Positions 1 through 12,988 of a stretch of DNA of 64,000 bases are shown in pieces (the first letter of the stretch is position 1; every line of letters starts with the position of its first letter). The DNA comes from Squalus acanthias (Eukaryota). A program made the translations under genes and the position numbers. The notes below the pieces were generated by a model that saw only the letters and a list, made by a program, of their open reading frames with translations, made no database searches and had not been told where the DNA came from. The DNA lies in the NCBI GenBank assembly GCA_030390025.1, contig CM059432.1, positions 29,018,001 through 29,082,000 on the forward strand, in the 5' to 3' direction.

Positions 1-479
1 GGTTCAATTTTAAGATGAACAACAAAATTGGTTACATTTATAAACTAAAGGAAGTGATTGTCACTCTTAATGAGTGATTCTTGGGAAGTTTATTGTGTGT
101 GTGTGTCCTTCTTTATGTAATACTTTTCCCTGAATAAATAATTCTTTCAGTTCAGTGCTTGTCTGCTGAGCAGTTGGAGAGTGGACAGGCGGACCAGCTC
201 AAAGACCTCTGTCAATGTTGCCTTTGCCCACGCACTAGATGACATGAGGATCCCAGGCAGATTGTTCTGGTCTGACAATGCCTCTTACCTCCCCCTCGCC
301 CCACTCTGCACTTGCCATCTTCCTAGTCCATATAATGCAAATCAGCGAATGAATAGAGTGTGGAATCAAATTTGGATCCTTTTGTTGTGTGATTTCACTC
401 TTTGGCACACAGCATCACCCCAGAGGAATAATATTTTTAAAAAAGCTTTCCATTCCTGAAAGACTGATTTTTAAAAAAC

Positions 480-690
480 ATTGACTTAAGGACACTGCAA
501 TTGGCTTCAATGTCCCTGAGCTAAGGAAGAGAAGAATCAGCCAAGGATCCTTGCTCCTGATTACTCTCTTTGCGATTCTGCTGGAAAGTGCAGCTGTGTG
601 GACATTAGATGAATAGTCTCCTGACACATGAAGTAAGTAAACTAAGGTGAGGCTCCAGAGTATGCCTATTATCCATGGAATTGTATCTCA
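480..690 (+). mobile_element. Degenerate AmnSINE2-like SINE fragment
   Basis: Motif caattggcttcaatgtccctgagctaagg...atcagccaaggatccttgctcctga...ctgctggaaagtg is shared with copies at about 19735-20740, 48645-48990 and 60335-60745; family name from recall. Confidence 0.45.
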
Positions 691-696
691 GGAAGG

Positions 697-1070
697 CTGA
701 TTGAGGTGTACAAAATTATCAAGGGCATAGATAGGGTAGATAGAAAGGAACTTTTCCCCTTAGTAGAGGAGTCAATAACAAGGGGGCATAGTTTCAAGGT
801 AAGGGGCAGGAGGTTTAGAGGGGATTTGAGGAAAAACTTTTTCACCCAGAGGGTGGTTGGAATCTGGAACTCACTGCCTGAAAGGATGGTAGAGGCAGGA
901 ACCCTCACAACTTTCAAGAAGCATTTAGATGAGCACTTGAAACGCCATAGCATACAAGGCTACGGACCAAGTGCTGGAAAATGGGATTAGAATAGACAGG
1001 GCTTGATGGCCGGCGCGGACACAATGGGCCGAAGGGCCTCTTTCTGTGCTGTATAACTCTATGACTATGA
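697..1070 (+). mobile_element. CR1 LINE 3' fragment
   Basis: ORF2 C-terminus (YKIIKG...TRGHSFK...FFTQRVVGIWNSLP), 3' UTR and ctatgactatga tail; nearly identical to 29051-29243. Confidence 0.92.
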
Positions 1071-1488
1071 AAGTGAAGGGGGGGGGATGTTAAATAAATT
1101 GGTGGTGGCGGGGGGTTGCGGGGGGAGGCAAAATATTCAAGGCTGTTGATAGTTACATTTGTAATCATCCAAAACTCGTCCAGCTGTTTTTGTGAATGTG
1201 TATGTGGAATTTGAGGGTTCAGAGGACCAGAGCTGAAATGTGTGTAACAAAGATTTTGCATTGAGATACTCATTAAGTTCTGGGATGATAAGAACATAGG
1301 AAAATGCAGGATTATAAATACAGGAATCTGCAGTCATCCGTCTGGTCTCAAAAACTAATACCCTCAATCATCCACTTAAATGTTTCCACACTCTACTGCC
1401 TTCCTAGGAGAGATACAGAGGTACAGAAGGAGGGACAGATATAAAGACCAAAAGAAAAAAGATCGATTAAAATGGGAGAAGGACAGAG

Positions 1489-1680
1489 GCACACACACAC
1501 ACACACACACATACACAGACAAACAGAAGCAGAGACCAGATCACAACATGGAAGACACAGACACACAGAGAGATAGAGGCACACAGAGAAAGGGGGACAC
1601 ATGCTAAGGCAGAGCCTGAAATATAGAGACACTGTGAGAGAGAAGACACACAGAGAGAAAGATAGAGACAGAGAGAGATT
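1489..1680. repeat. CA/GA microsatellite and low-complexity tract
   Basis: (CA)n followed by degenerate GA/CA repeats. Confidence 0.85.
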
Positions 1681-2479
1681 ACTGTGTGACATTAATGAGC
1701 GAGTGTGTGATCAGTGATAACTATCTACACTAATCAGACAGATGGGAAAAATGCTTTGCGTCAGCAATTTGCAAACTGTGAATGAACTAAAGTCCAACCA
1801 TTGCCACCCTGTCCATGATGCAATGGAGAGTGGGGACCCGCTGATAACCATCAGACCCTGGCTTCCCTCTCAGACAGAACCCATCCATCTTAGTCAGCAG
1901 GTGTTGCATGTTAGCAGTAATTGTTCAGATTCATCCCACTGCCTCCAGGATTTTACAATTTAATCTCTCATTCTGTGTTGGAACAGCCGCTCCCTAGCCC
2001 TGGTTTGTCATTTTTTCTTTGCCGTTTCTGCTGTGTGCTCTGTTGATATCTGTATTGACAGAAAGCGTGCGTGCGAGTGATGAATGCAGTCCTCGTGCCT
2101 GAGGAAAGACAAGCGAAAAAAAAAATCTCCTCAGTTATAGATGACAGGCACCAGGGGCAGCGGCAGAGCCCCAGTTAGGCCTGGATACTGTGATGTATGT
2201 GAAGGCAAGCTGTTAGCAATTTGTACTTAAGAAGTGAGTCATTTGTCAAGGCAAAGCAGAGGTGTCGTGAAGCAATGGTTGCTGAGGAGCCTAGGTGCTT
2301 AAAGAGCCTCTACTGTCAGCAGTAGCTGTCTGCCTCAGAAGTATGGTAGATTTTAAACGGGCAGTATGGTTTTTGAATGGCTGACCGTAAATATCAAAGG
2401 TGTAAACCTGATACTGGGGTAAATTTTTGACTTCTTCGCCTGTGGTAATCTGGAGGAGTTTATCAGCCGCCCATTATTT

Positions 2480-2782
2480 AAGATTATCCAAAACTCTGCT
2501 GTCCATGTCCTAACTCGCACCAAGTCCTGTTCGCTCATCACCCCTGTGCTTGTGGGCTTACATTGGCTCCTGGTCCATGAACGCCTCCATTTAAAAATTC
2601 TTAACCATTGTCTCACTCCTCCCTATCTCCGTAACATCCTCCAGTCCTACAACCTTCCGATAACTCTGCATTCCTCCAACTCTAGCCTCTTGCCCATAAC
2701 CCTCTTCCTTCGTCCCACCATTGGTGGCCGTGCCTTCATTCATCTAGGCCCTAAGCTCTGGAATTTCCTCCCTAAATCTCCC
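2480..2782 (+). mobile_element. L2-clade LINE 3' fragment
   Basis: LHWL...LKIL...GGRAF..LGPKLWN.LP; paralogous to 33855-34595. Confidence 0.8.
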
Positions 2783-2993
2783 TGCTCCAATTGGCTCCCC
2801 ATGGCCCACGTGATCCAGGGGACGCTGCGAACTAGCTTCGCCACTGGGATATGCGAGCACTGCACACCGGCAGCTGGAGGAGGCCCAGGATCGGAATCCC
2901 ACGTGAGCCCACAGCGCAATGGCAGGCGCGCTATGTAAGTGCAGGTCGGGATCTTGCGCCCGCGGGAAGCCTCCGACCTGAATTTCTGGGCCA

Positions 2994-3262
2994 ATCTGTT
3001 TTGGTGATGTTGGTTAAGGGATGAATGTCAACCAGAAGAACCCTATTGCTCTTCTTTGAATAATTCCATAGAATCTGTTATGTCCACCTGAACAGGTAGA
3101 CAGGACCATAGTTTAGCATCTCATTCAAAAGAAAGCACCTCCGACAATGCAGCACTCCCTCAATGATGCACTGGTGTCAGTTTAGATTATGTCTTCACAT
3201 CCTGCAGTGGGGCTTGAACCCACACATTCTAACTCAGAGGTGAGAGTGCTACTACTGAACAC
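2994..3262 (-). mobile_element. Deu-domain tRNA-derived SINE (SacSINE1-like), degenerate
   Basis: Similar to 61197-61664; B-box-like gggttcaagcccc on the minus strand. Confidence 0.65.
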
Positions 3263-3796
3263 AATTTTCCTATATGTCCATACATATCACTTCAATTTCC
3301 ATGGGTCCTCTTGTTTTAAATTAGACTTTTTAATTTCATTGTATGGAGAAACCCAGGTGATGGGCCAAGGCTTATGGTACAATGCATCTCCATGTTGTAA
3401 AGAGTGAGAGAGAAGTCAAAACCTATGAAGAAAGTAGTGATTGTGTGATCCCAAGCATACATTTTAAAAGACAATAGACTCCAAGAGAAAGAGGAGGTTG
3501 AGGGAGATGAGGAGGTCCACAGCTTTGAGGTCCTGACAAAGAATGAGTTCGAGTGGGGATATAGAAAGGAGGATACCATATTTGGACATTGGGAGGAATA
3601 AGAGATGAAATTTCAGAGAAACAGTGAGCACAGCAGTATTAATAAAATAGAAAAAGATCGAGAAAGGAAGAACTAGCATTTATATAGTCTGAGAGGAACT
3701 AATGAGCAGAGCTAAATGGTTTCCCACTGGCCGGGGGGGGGGGGGGGGGGGGGAATGGTGGTGGGGGGGGGGAATATTGTTCTTTTAACAAAAGAT

Positions 3797-4256
3797 GGGG
3801 GATTGTCCTATGAAGAGAGATTGAGTAGACTAGGCCTATATTCTCTAGAGTTTAGAAGAATGAGAGATGATCTCATTGAAACATACAAAATTCTTAAGGG
3901 CTTGACAGGTTAGATGCAGGGAGGATGTGTCCCCTGGCTGGGGAGTCTAGAACCAGGGGTCACAGTCTCAGAATAAGGGGTCGGCCATTTAGGACTGAGA
4001 TGAGGAGAAATTTCTTCACTCAGAGGGTGGTGAATCTTTGGAATTCTCTACCCCAGAGAGCTGTGGAGGCTCAGTCATTGAGTATATTCAAGACAGAGAT
4101 CGATAGATTTTTAAAAATTAAGGGAATCAAGGGATATGGCGAAAGTGCAGGAAAGTGGAGTTGAGGTGGAAGATCAGCCATGATCTTATTGAATGGCGGA
4201 GCAGGCTCGAGGGGCCAAATGGCCTACTCCTGCTCCTATTTCTTATGTTCTTATAT
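3797..4256 (+). mobile_element. CR1 LINE 3' fragment
   Basis: LSYEERL..LGLYSLE.RR.R.DLIE.YKI...TRGH...FFTQRVVNLWNSLP; ttcttatg-type tail. Confidence 0.92.
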
Positions 4257-4955
4257 CTGTTTTTCTCCATAGTTAATGACAGCAAATGAAATCGTAAAAA
4301 GGAACAGCTTTGAACATGCGACCCACAAGAATGCAATTTCATTATTGAGTGGCTAATTACGGAGAAAAGTAGGCACTCTAGCATTTTTCATGAAAGAAAT
4401 GATAGAACGGTGTGAAGTAGTGGGCTGTATCAACCTGTTGGAAGAGGATTCTACAGGAGGATGATTTGGGTTGTCACTTCACTTTACTCCTGGATGCCGA
4501 ATTGAGGGAGAATGATAGAAATGAAGCCACAGAGGAGGGCCATTAGCCCCATTGGGCCTGTACAAATGCTTGCTATTCAACTGGAATTTTCTAATTTCTC
4601 TGCCCTTTTTCTTGTATCCTTTTATATTTATTCTTTTCAATTACTTATGCAATTTCCCTTTAAATGTGGCTGTCATCTCTGCCTCAATATCCACTCATGG
4701 TGAAGCATTTCATGTTCGAATAACCTCCTGTGTGAAGAAATTCTTCTTGCACAACCTACCGGCTTGGTGGTTTCAAAATAACACTGGTAGAGACCTGAAA
4801 GCAGACCCTCAGCAGGTATTCGTGTGCGACGGGGGAAATCCAATTGAAGGAGAAGGGTGGAAAAACATAACAACTTCTGCAGTAGAGGAGCTTCAAATTC
4901 ATTTTAGTGAGGAGATTATATTGGAAGTTGATCTGTTCTGAGATTGGATGACAAG

Positions 4956-6234
4956 TGTAAGCCTCGCTGTCCTATTCTCAGGCTTGTAGTTCGTTTTGAC
5001 CCACGAATTACAAGGGAAATAATTGATGAATCACCCAAAAGCTCTTAAGTTAAATGAAGTCGTTTATTAAAGGAAAAGAAGAAGAGCGAAAAGAAAACAA
5101 CAACGCTTATAGATTTAAATGAAAATACAATGCCCTTCTTAGTCTACCTGGCAATAGAATGCCCTTCTTACCCTACTCTTGGCTATAAAGATGCTCTAGT
5201 AATACAATGCCCAAATATGTTCTAAGTAAATGGTCATACATTCACCCCGAAGTGGCCAGCTCCTGTTGATCGCAGCTCTCTCCTTCCGATGATCGGTCGG
5301 GTTCCCTTCTTGTTGACTGCAGCTCTCGTTCCGATCCCTTGACTGCAGTAATGAAGTTACCTTAACAGCTTCTTTTATATCTTTTTCCTTTCAATGGTGG
5401 ACAGGATATTACATCGCCAAGGCCTCATTGACATATCGATGATAGCCTTAGATCATGATAACCAATAATCTATCACGGTTTTTGTTTAAAGCTTAAAGTT
5501 AAAGCCCGCATGTGAAGACCATAGTAACAGCTGATTGGCTGGATAGCTCACGCAAATCTCAGCCATCTAGCTGGCAAACTTTCTGATACGGATTGTTTAT
5601 TGAAGAGGCCCATTGAGTTCTGTGTTATCTTGTCAAGGCCTAATTCCTCATTGTTTACACAAACGTCTCCTTCAGCTACACAATGGGGGAAAAATTGGGT
5701 TGCTTTGCGCCTCCCGTTGGAGGTGCTAATGGAGTGCAAAGCCCCTAGCGCCCAGGCGCGGCGCCGCTAATGCCTCCTGTGAAATTCAACGCGGTGCGGC
5801 GCTGCACCGCTGGCGATGACGTCATCGCGGTGCGCAGTGCCCCACTCGCGCCCCGGCCGCAAACTTCGGTTGCGCCCTCTGACCTATCGCCAGACGATAT
5901 GTCCGACAGGGTCAGGGTGGCGTTTTTGCAGCTGCGGCGGCACAAGTTAAAGGGCAGGTGTCGGGCGACCATTTTATTTTGGCCTCCTGCCAGCACCTGC
6001 CTCCTGCTTGGGGCGCTACCACTGAATTTAGGGAGCAGGGGCGCTAACTTTTTCGGGACACTAAAAGTAGCGCCTAGGTGAAGTTAGCGCTCCAAAAGGG
6101 GTGCCACCGAATTTCTCCCCCAATGTCTTTGTTCCTTCTTGATAGCACCATCTGGTTTTGCTGTTTTGCCATAGCTCAGCAGGTTTTAATGTCCAGCTTG
6201 TAAATTGTGTTAAAAAGGGCTTCTCTTCCTTACA
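4956..6234 (-). mobile_element. Solo LTR interrupted by a MITE
   Basis: TGTAAG...CTTACA termini; flanks caag/catg (4-bp TSD with one mismatch); on the minus strand CCAAT (~5535), TATAAAA (~5375) and AATAAA (~5065) occur in LTR order. Confidence 0.7.
5685..6121. mobile_element. Harbinger-family MITE
   Basis: TIRs GGGGGAAAAATT / AATTTCTCCCCC, TSD AAT, repeated TAGCGC/GCGCTA subterminal motifs. Confidence 0.9.
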
Positions 6235-7626
6235 CATGTGGTGTCATGTCAAAGAATGCCGCCCGTTTCGCGCTTGAAAAACAAGCACAAGTAGGTGACA
6301 ATCAGGGTGGGGGAGGGGAGGGCGGGTGCTCCTTAAATGCCCCATTGGCGCCCAAGGCTTGCCTGATGCAAATTTCAGATGGTCCTGTAAATGGAAACAG
6401 GCTGCTTAAATATTCAAATCGGGGTCCTAGACTCTGATTGCAATCTTCAGGTACAAACAGAGAGAACTTGCGCAGGTGTGCGCTCCACCCTTTTGTACCA
6501 GGCATTGAGCGGCCTAACCAGAGGTCCTTAAAGGGACTGCTGGAGGCTGCTCAGAAAATGGGCCAGAAATCTTTCGTGGGCCAGGACAAAAATCCAGCCC
6601 ACTGCAAGGCTGCCCCTCCCCCCCGCCTCCCAAAATCGCCACCTTCCTGGGCCCAATTTCCTGCCCTCCCACAACTGGCAAGTTGCAGCGGGGTGCCCAT
6701 TTGCTTCCCACAGCTTACGGCAGCAACTAAATGAGGCTCAAACTGAAAATGACTCGGGACTCTCTACGCCGACTTTGGCCCGTCAGCACGGCTGCTCCAC
6801 CGACTTCACGCCCTGTTCGGGCGATATTTGGAGATCAGCCTGTGATGACCAAGTCACCCCAAAATTAACCCAAATAATACTCTCTGATTTGGCCACACCA
6901 TAAACTAGTTGCACCCTCAACTCTCACACTGGAGGTCTGGAGACCCTTATACATCTGTTGACCAGCTCCTAACTGTAATGGTGGACAATGGGCATTTATA
7001 GACATTCCTTTACTTCAATAAGTGTCAATATTTCATAGTAATTTGAGTATGTAATTTAATAACACTACCTTAACAATCCATATCCAACAATGTATCAATT
7101 AGGCTACCTGTTAGTTGAAGGCAGGAGACTGAAGGTGGAGTTTCTAAACAGAATGTGAGGGGGTAAAAATTCAGTTGGTTGCGCCTCCCGTTAGCGCCTT
7201 AAGTTGTTTGCGCCGCTCGGGAACTTAACTTGACATTGTGCGGCGGCGCTAAAACTTACCGCTGCGACCACCTGCGCGCGCAGATTGTGACGTCATTCCA
7301 TGGTGCAACGCCCTTGTGGCGCCCCGGAGCGGAAATTGAGTGGCGCCCCCTGCCTTACCGCCTGGCGCTTCCAACGACCGGAAGACTGGAACGCTATCAA
7401 TCGCTGTGGGGCTGGGGGGCGCGCTATTTAAAGGGGGCCTCTTCCTGTCTTTTTCTGTGGTCGACATTTATGCACCAATCGTTCTGAGAGAGAGAGAGAG
7501 ATTCGGAGAGAGAGAGAGAGAGACTTCTACATTGACTCAACGCTTTGTGAGGTAGTTTTGCCTATTGATCCTAACTTTGCTGCTACTTTAGTTGCTGTCC
7601 CTCATTACTTTGCTTGCAAAGAGAAT

Positions 7627-8787
7627 ATGGGGGCTGCACTGATTGGGGGCGTCGTCCTGCTCCAGCTGAATCGGAGGATACAGAGACGCAGAGAGAGAGT
7701 GGCAATGATGGCCAGACGGAGGAGGGCCATCAGGCGTATGTACAGGAGAGCTTACCCTCCCAGGGTATATCGTGAACAGCTCTCCTACATCCATATGCCC
7801 GAGGAGCTGTGTTTGCGAAGGCTGCGATTCAGCAAGGAGGTGGTCACTGAGCTCTGCCACCTGCTGCAGCCAGATCTGTAGCCTCAACTGAGGTCCAGGA
7901 CGTCTCTGTCGGTGGCAGTGAAGGTCACAGTGGCTTTGAACTTTTACGCCACTGGCTCATTTCAAGCTGCTGCTGGGGACCTCGCCAATATCTCCCAGTT
8001 CGCGGTGCATTGCTGCATCCGGCAGGTCACAAATGCCCTCTTCAGAAGGAGACAAGAGTTCATCTCTTTCTCCATGACCCCAGACAAGCAGCGTGACCGC
8101 GCTCTGGGCTTTGCGAGGGTAGCGGGCTTCCCCATGGTGCAGGGCGCCATTGACTGCACGCATGTGGCTTTGCGTGCTCCGCGTGAGAATGCCGAGGAAT
8201 TCCGGAACAGAAAGGGGTTCCATTCCTTGAATGTCCAGTTGGTCTGTGACCACAGACAGCTGATACTCGCTGTCAATGCCCAGTATCCTGGCAGCTGCCA
8301 CAATGCTTTTATCCTGCGCCAGACTACTGTGGCAGAACTTTTCGAGGCACCGCATCAGCCAGTTGGTTGGCTTCTCGGGGACAAGGGGTATGCATTGAGC
8401 ACCTGGCTGATGACACCGCTCCGTACGCCCAACACCTCTGCTGAGCTGCGGTACAATGAGAGCCATCAAGCAACCAGGAACATTATTGAGCGCACAATCG
8501 GCGTGCTCAAGCAACGGTTCCGCTGTCTGGACCATTCCGGAGGAGCCCTGCAGTACTCGCCTGAGCGAGTATCGAACTTCGTAGTCGTGTGCTGCATGTT
8601 GCATAACATGGCAATCCTCAGGACCCAGCCAATGCCACCAGGCCTTGGAGCACCACCAGAGGAGGAGGAGGAAGAGGAGGAAGAGGACGAGGACGATGAT
8701 CATCAGCAGCACCAAGGCAGGAGGGCGGCCCACAATGGTTAAACTGCAAGGGCCGTCCGTCAACGGCTAATAGCAAGCCGCTTCTAG
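7627..8787 (+). pseudogene. Harbinger DDE transposase (HARBI1-like), disrupted
   Basis: GAIDCTH, NRKGFHSLNVQ, LLGDKGY, R.IIERTIG.LKQRFRCL; premature stops at 7879-7881 and 8740-8742, and HDA changed to HNA relative to copy B. Confidence 0.93.
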
Positions 8788-9079
8788 GGCCCCTGCCATT
8801 GCTACCAACATTAATGAACCCAGCACGCAACCCCTAAGCCGGCCAAGGCACCAATAATTCCAACCACCAGCCATGTATATTTTGAATACAGAAACTTATT
8901 TATTTTACAAACTCTGTGTGTCAATTCCTCATGACAAACTCATAGAAATAAACACAAAAAAACAGTCAATAACATAACTGGTTCTCACAACCTGGAGATA
9001 ATGTCCAAAACACTAAACAAAAGTTGGACCATGAACCTCGGCCTTTAATAAAAAAATGACCAGCATTTTGTCACACCTC

Positions 9080-10901
9080 CTACTTTTTGCTCTTCGAGGG
9101 TGATCTCCTTCCCTTGCGCACTTCCCCCCTTCTAACCCTACTGCTCCTCCGTAATGGGACCTCAGTGGCTGCAGCAAGGCTGGTGGAAGGCTGCTGCTCG
9201 TCAGACCCTGACACTGCAGATGCCCCTGAAGGACGGCCTCGACCACTTCTGGGCCTGGAGGGCCCGGCTGCAGACTGCACCAACTCTGCATGGGCGGCAG
9301 CAGTCTGTCCTACAGGCGGTGGCAAGTGCAGTGGAGAAGTGACAGTGTTGGCAGCAGGAATGCTGTCATCGTGAGAGAGGACAGCAACTCCCTGCTCGCC
9401 CGACACACTGGCACTCCCACGGGGCAGCACTTCAGCATCCGGAGCAATCTGCCGGAGAACAGATTGCTGGCCTGCTGCGGCGCGGTGACAGCCCCGGGGA
9501 CATGTGCACGAACCATCGAGGTTGGCAGCAGTCTGTGCTCGCGTGGCCTCAATCTGAGTCTGTATGAGAGCAGTCAGAGATGGGATCACGGCAGCCAGTG
9601 ACTGAATTGCAGCACTAAGCGTTAGTGTGGCATCCGCCTGTGCTACAGCGAAGTGCTCCACACTCCTTGCCAGTGACTCAATGCATTCGGGCACCCTTCC
9701 CACTGCACCCATGAGCTCAGTGTGCATGCCCACCGCCTGGGTGTTCATTTCTGCGATCAGCCGCTCCTCCTCTGCGTCCATTGCAGTAGGAGTGTCTGGC
9801 ATACTCTCCCTCTGGGGAGAAGGCCCCCGTTCTTCCCTACCCCCCCATGGCGTTGCTGCAGCCCGCTGGGTCCTGGAGCTTCACCCTCATCAGCCCCTTC
9901 CCCCCTGCTCCCCTCCGGGGAAGGCGTGTTCCCAGTGTGGGCATGGGCTTCCTCGGGAGAGGGTGGCACTGATGCTCTGGCTTCCTCTTCCTCCTCGGCT
10001 GCAGCATCACTCCCAGTGGCAGCTTCAGGGCCCGTCTCCTCAGCTGGTGAATCACCATCTGAAAGCAGGGAGGTACAAGAGTGGCTTTAGCGTGAGGACA
10101 GGGTGGCAGTAAGGGAGGAATAAGTGCAGCGAGTTAGCAAGTTGGATTGAAAGTGTCAAAGACTGGTGTTGTGAGGGACAAGTGGAAGGACAGAGGACAA
10201 AAAGGTGATGACCTTATCATTGCTGTCCAGAACGGGGTCGGCGTCTCCAGTGGCGACGGGACCGATCACCCGGCTTGCCACAATCCTGTGGACGCGCTCC
10301 TCAAGATCGCTGAGGGGTTGCAGCTGAGGCCGCCCTCCACCTGTCCGTTGCTGCTGTCTCCTATTATGAGCCAGCTTGGCCTGCAAGAAAAAGGACAGCA
10401 TCTGAGTAAATATACAGCCATGGTCTTGCCTGATGTGCCTCCCATAGGTGAATAGCCCTTACTGTATGCAGCCATGGTGTTGCCTGATGTGCCTCCCATA
10501 GGTGAATAGCCCTTACTGTATGCAAAGTGTGGAATGTGTGTGTGTGTTTGATGAAAGGGCCATAGGTGTTGGATGAGTGTTATGCATTGGGGTTTTAAGA
10601 CCCTCTGGCCATAGAGTGAGGTTGAGATGGAGGGATGGAGAGGTATTGAGAAAAAGCCACTCACCCTGACGACCCGAGTGAGGTCGTTGAACTTTTTGCG
10701 GCATTGAGTATGGGTCCTGGGCACCATGCTCCTGGAGGAGACGCTCTGAGCCACCTCCCTCCACACTCTTCTGAACTCGCGTGGCAAAGGCCTCCTGCCA
10801 CTCTCAGGGAAGAGCATACATTGTCTGCGCTCCACCGCGCCAACCAGAGCATCCAAGGCCCGCTCGGTGAAGCGATGAGCGCGTTCTCTCACCCTCTCCA
10901 T
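9080..10901 (-). pseudogene. Harbinger Myb/SANT-like partner gene, disrupted (exons 10901-10665, 10380-10218, 10058-9080)
   Basis: Same exons as copy B; intron-2 donor GT changed to AT at 10217; G7 instead of G8 at 9840-9846 frameshifts exon 3. Confidence 0.85.
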
Positions 10902-11309
10902 GCTTGGCAGCAAAATGGATTCACAGGTCTCTCCAGGCCGAGATTCAAGGCTGCAATGAGCAGGGTGTGGCTGGGGAGCAAGTGGCCCCCCCCCCCGCTT
11001 TAAGAAGTGGCCGGCGCCAGTGTGTCTGTGTTCCCTCGCTAACTGGCAGCAGCTGCGATGCGCTCGCGCGCTGAGTTAGCGCCTCACTCCTTGGCCTTTG
11101 CGCCTTAAGACAGGTGTGCAGCGCCTGCTTTAGCGCTCCACTCACCTCCCGGGGCGGTAAAAGTGAAGTTTGCAGTCAGTGCCGATAATTAGCGCCAGGC
11201 GCTAATATTTGCGTCCAGACGATATTTGCGCCCCAAATGGGGCGCGACCTAATTTCTACCCCGAGGTGCTTAGTGCTACTATACTGTTTTAGACCTTGGC
11301 TAAGTTCTT

Positions 11310-11919
11310 AGCCTAGAAATTCTTCCTTTTGTTTGTTGGAAATCTGGTGTGCTGGGAGAGGAGGGGTGAGAAATTGAGGTTCCTAGCCCCCCCATACTGA
11401 CTCCCATGAGAACTTGCGACGGATGGGGGAGCACTTTTTAAACCAGGCCTCTCCATCCGTACACCGCTTTTGAGGGGAACACTGGTGAGATCCTGGAGTC
11501 CACAGGAAATCCCCTCAGTTACCCATTCTGGATGGTCAGTAGTAAGCATGCCCCCCTGAATTAGGCATATTTGCCATGCAGGACTATATGCGGGTGGCAT
11601 AATGGCATATTTAAATGGCAATCAATGCAAGAGAGAGTAATTGCCATTTGAATAGCAGGTTGACCATCGAGGGAGCAAAAGGGTAAACGTTCACCTGTAA
11701 CGTCTTTGGGCAGACCGCCTATGCTCCTCCCAACCGAGCGGCTAAATGCCACTCCAAAATCCTGCTGGATCTGTGGGGTGGGTGTCCCAGTAGTGCCAAT
11801 ATTGGTGTGGGTGACCACACCTAATATTTAAATAGCCACAACCCCAGGGTTTGGGATTAGGTCACAGTGAGACCAGACAGATGATGGGATTTCCGCTTTG
11901 CTCCTGGAATTTCTTGGCT
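11310..11919. mobile_element. Harbinger-type MITE
   Basis: TIRs AGCCTAGAAATT / AATTTCTTGGCT, TSD CTT. Confidence 0.75.
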
Positions 11920-12095
11920 CTTTTTTCATTCACTCTTGGAATAAGCCCTAAAACAAGTTCACATAAGAATGTCACACTACTCAAATCGCCCTATTGGTAC
12001 ACCCCATTACTTCACATCGTTCTATCATTTCTTTCATAAAACTTACCTAAACATAAATGCAAACATGCATCCAGTGCACATTTATTAGAAACATA

Positions 12096-12988
12096 GGGGG
12101 AAAAATTCAGTTGGTTGCGCCTCCCATTAGCGCCTTAAGAGGGCGCTAATGGGGCGCAAAGCATCCAGCGCCCAGGCGCGGCGAAGTTTGCGCCGCTCGC
12201 GAAATTAACTAGACATTTTGCGGCGGCGCTAAACACTACCGCCACGATCTCCTGCGCTGGCAGATCGTGACATCAGTCGAGTGCGCAACGCCCCGGTATC
12301 GCCCCAGAGCGGATATTGAGTGGCGCCCCCTGCCTTACCGCCTGACGCTAGCAACGACAGTTTGAGTGGAGCGTTCTGCAGTCATGAAGGGAAAGGGGGA
12401 GCACTATTTAAAGGTGACCACTTCCTGCCTTTTATTGTTGGTGCCATTTTTGAACTACGCATTCTGAGAGAGAGAGAGAGAGACTTCTGGAGAGTTTCAA
12501 CGTTGTGTGAAGGAGTTTTGGGTACTGAGCAGCACTTTGTAGGTTCATTTTGATTTGCCATTCCTTGTATCGATTTAGAAGAGACTGTGGGGGCTGCACT
12601 CTGAGCTCTTTGCCTGGTACTCTCCATTGTTCTTTCCAGCAGATTTGATGTGCAGGTCTCTCCAGGCCGAGATTCAAGGCTGCAATGAGCAGGGTGTGGA
12701 TGGAGAGCAAGATCGACCCTCCCCTTTAAGAACTGGCCTGTGCCATTGTGTGTGTGTTCCATTGCTGACTGACATTACATGAGCTTCGCCAGCGCTCTGA
12801 TGTAGCGCCTCGCTCCTCGGCCTTTGCGCCTTAAGACAGGTGTGAAGCGCCTGATTTAGCGCACCAATCACCTCCAGGGGCGATAAAAGTCAAGTTTGCA
12901 GTCAGTGGCGATAATTAGTGCCAGGCACTAATCTTTGCGCCCGGCCGATAATTGCGCCCCAAATGGGGCGATACTGAATTTCTCCCCC
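12096..12988 (+). mobile_element. Non-autonomous internal-deletion derivative of the Harbinger family
   Basis: TIRs GGGGGAAAAATT / AATTTCTCCCCC, TSD ATA; left part parallels 7160-7640 including the GA run, right part parallels 10920-11262; both coding regions are absent. Confidence 0.92.

Larger units (their letters stand above)
7160..11262 (+). mobile_element. PIF/Harbinger DNA transposon, full-length but disabled (copy A)
   Basis: TIRs GGGGTAAAAATT / AATTTCTACCCC, TSD GAG; transposase plus convergent Myb/SANT-like gene; collinear with 49037-53185 in the opposite orientation. Confidence 0.95.

Noticed and set aside
1380..1692. Short ORFs over the CA/GA tract
   Set aside because: Microsatellite translation artefacts.
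6246..6840. Additional MITEs (also ~2783-2992, ~13500-14061, 31159-31390, 32039-32390, 42544-42640, 42905-43080)
   Set aside because: Probably decayed Harbinger-type MITEs, but a matching TIR pair and TSD could not be fixed with confidence.
7957..8763. Long antisense ORFs over the transposases (also 51536-52342 and 38110-38988)
   Set aside because: Shadow frames of GC-rich coding sequence with no recognisable motif; recurrence follows from copy similarity.
10415..10522. CRISPR-like direct repeats (also 17879-17933)
   Set aside because: Head-to-tail tandem duplications without unique spacers or cas genes, in eukaryotic DNA.
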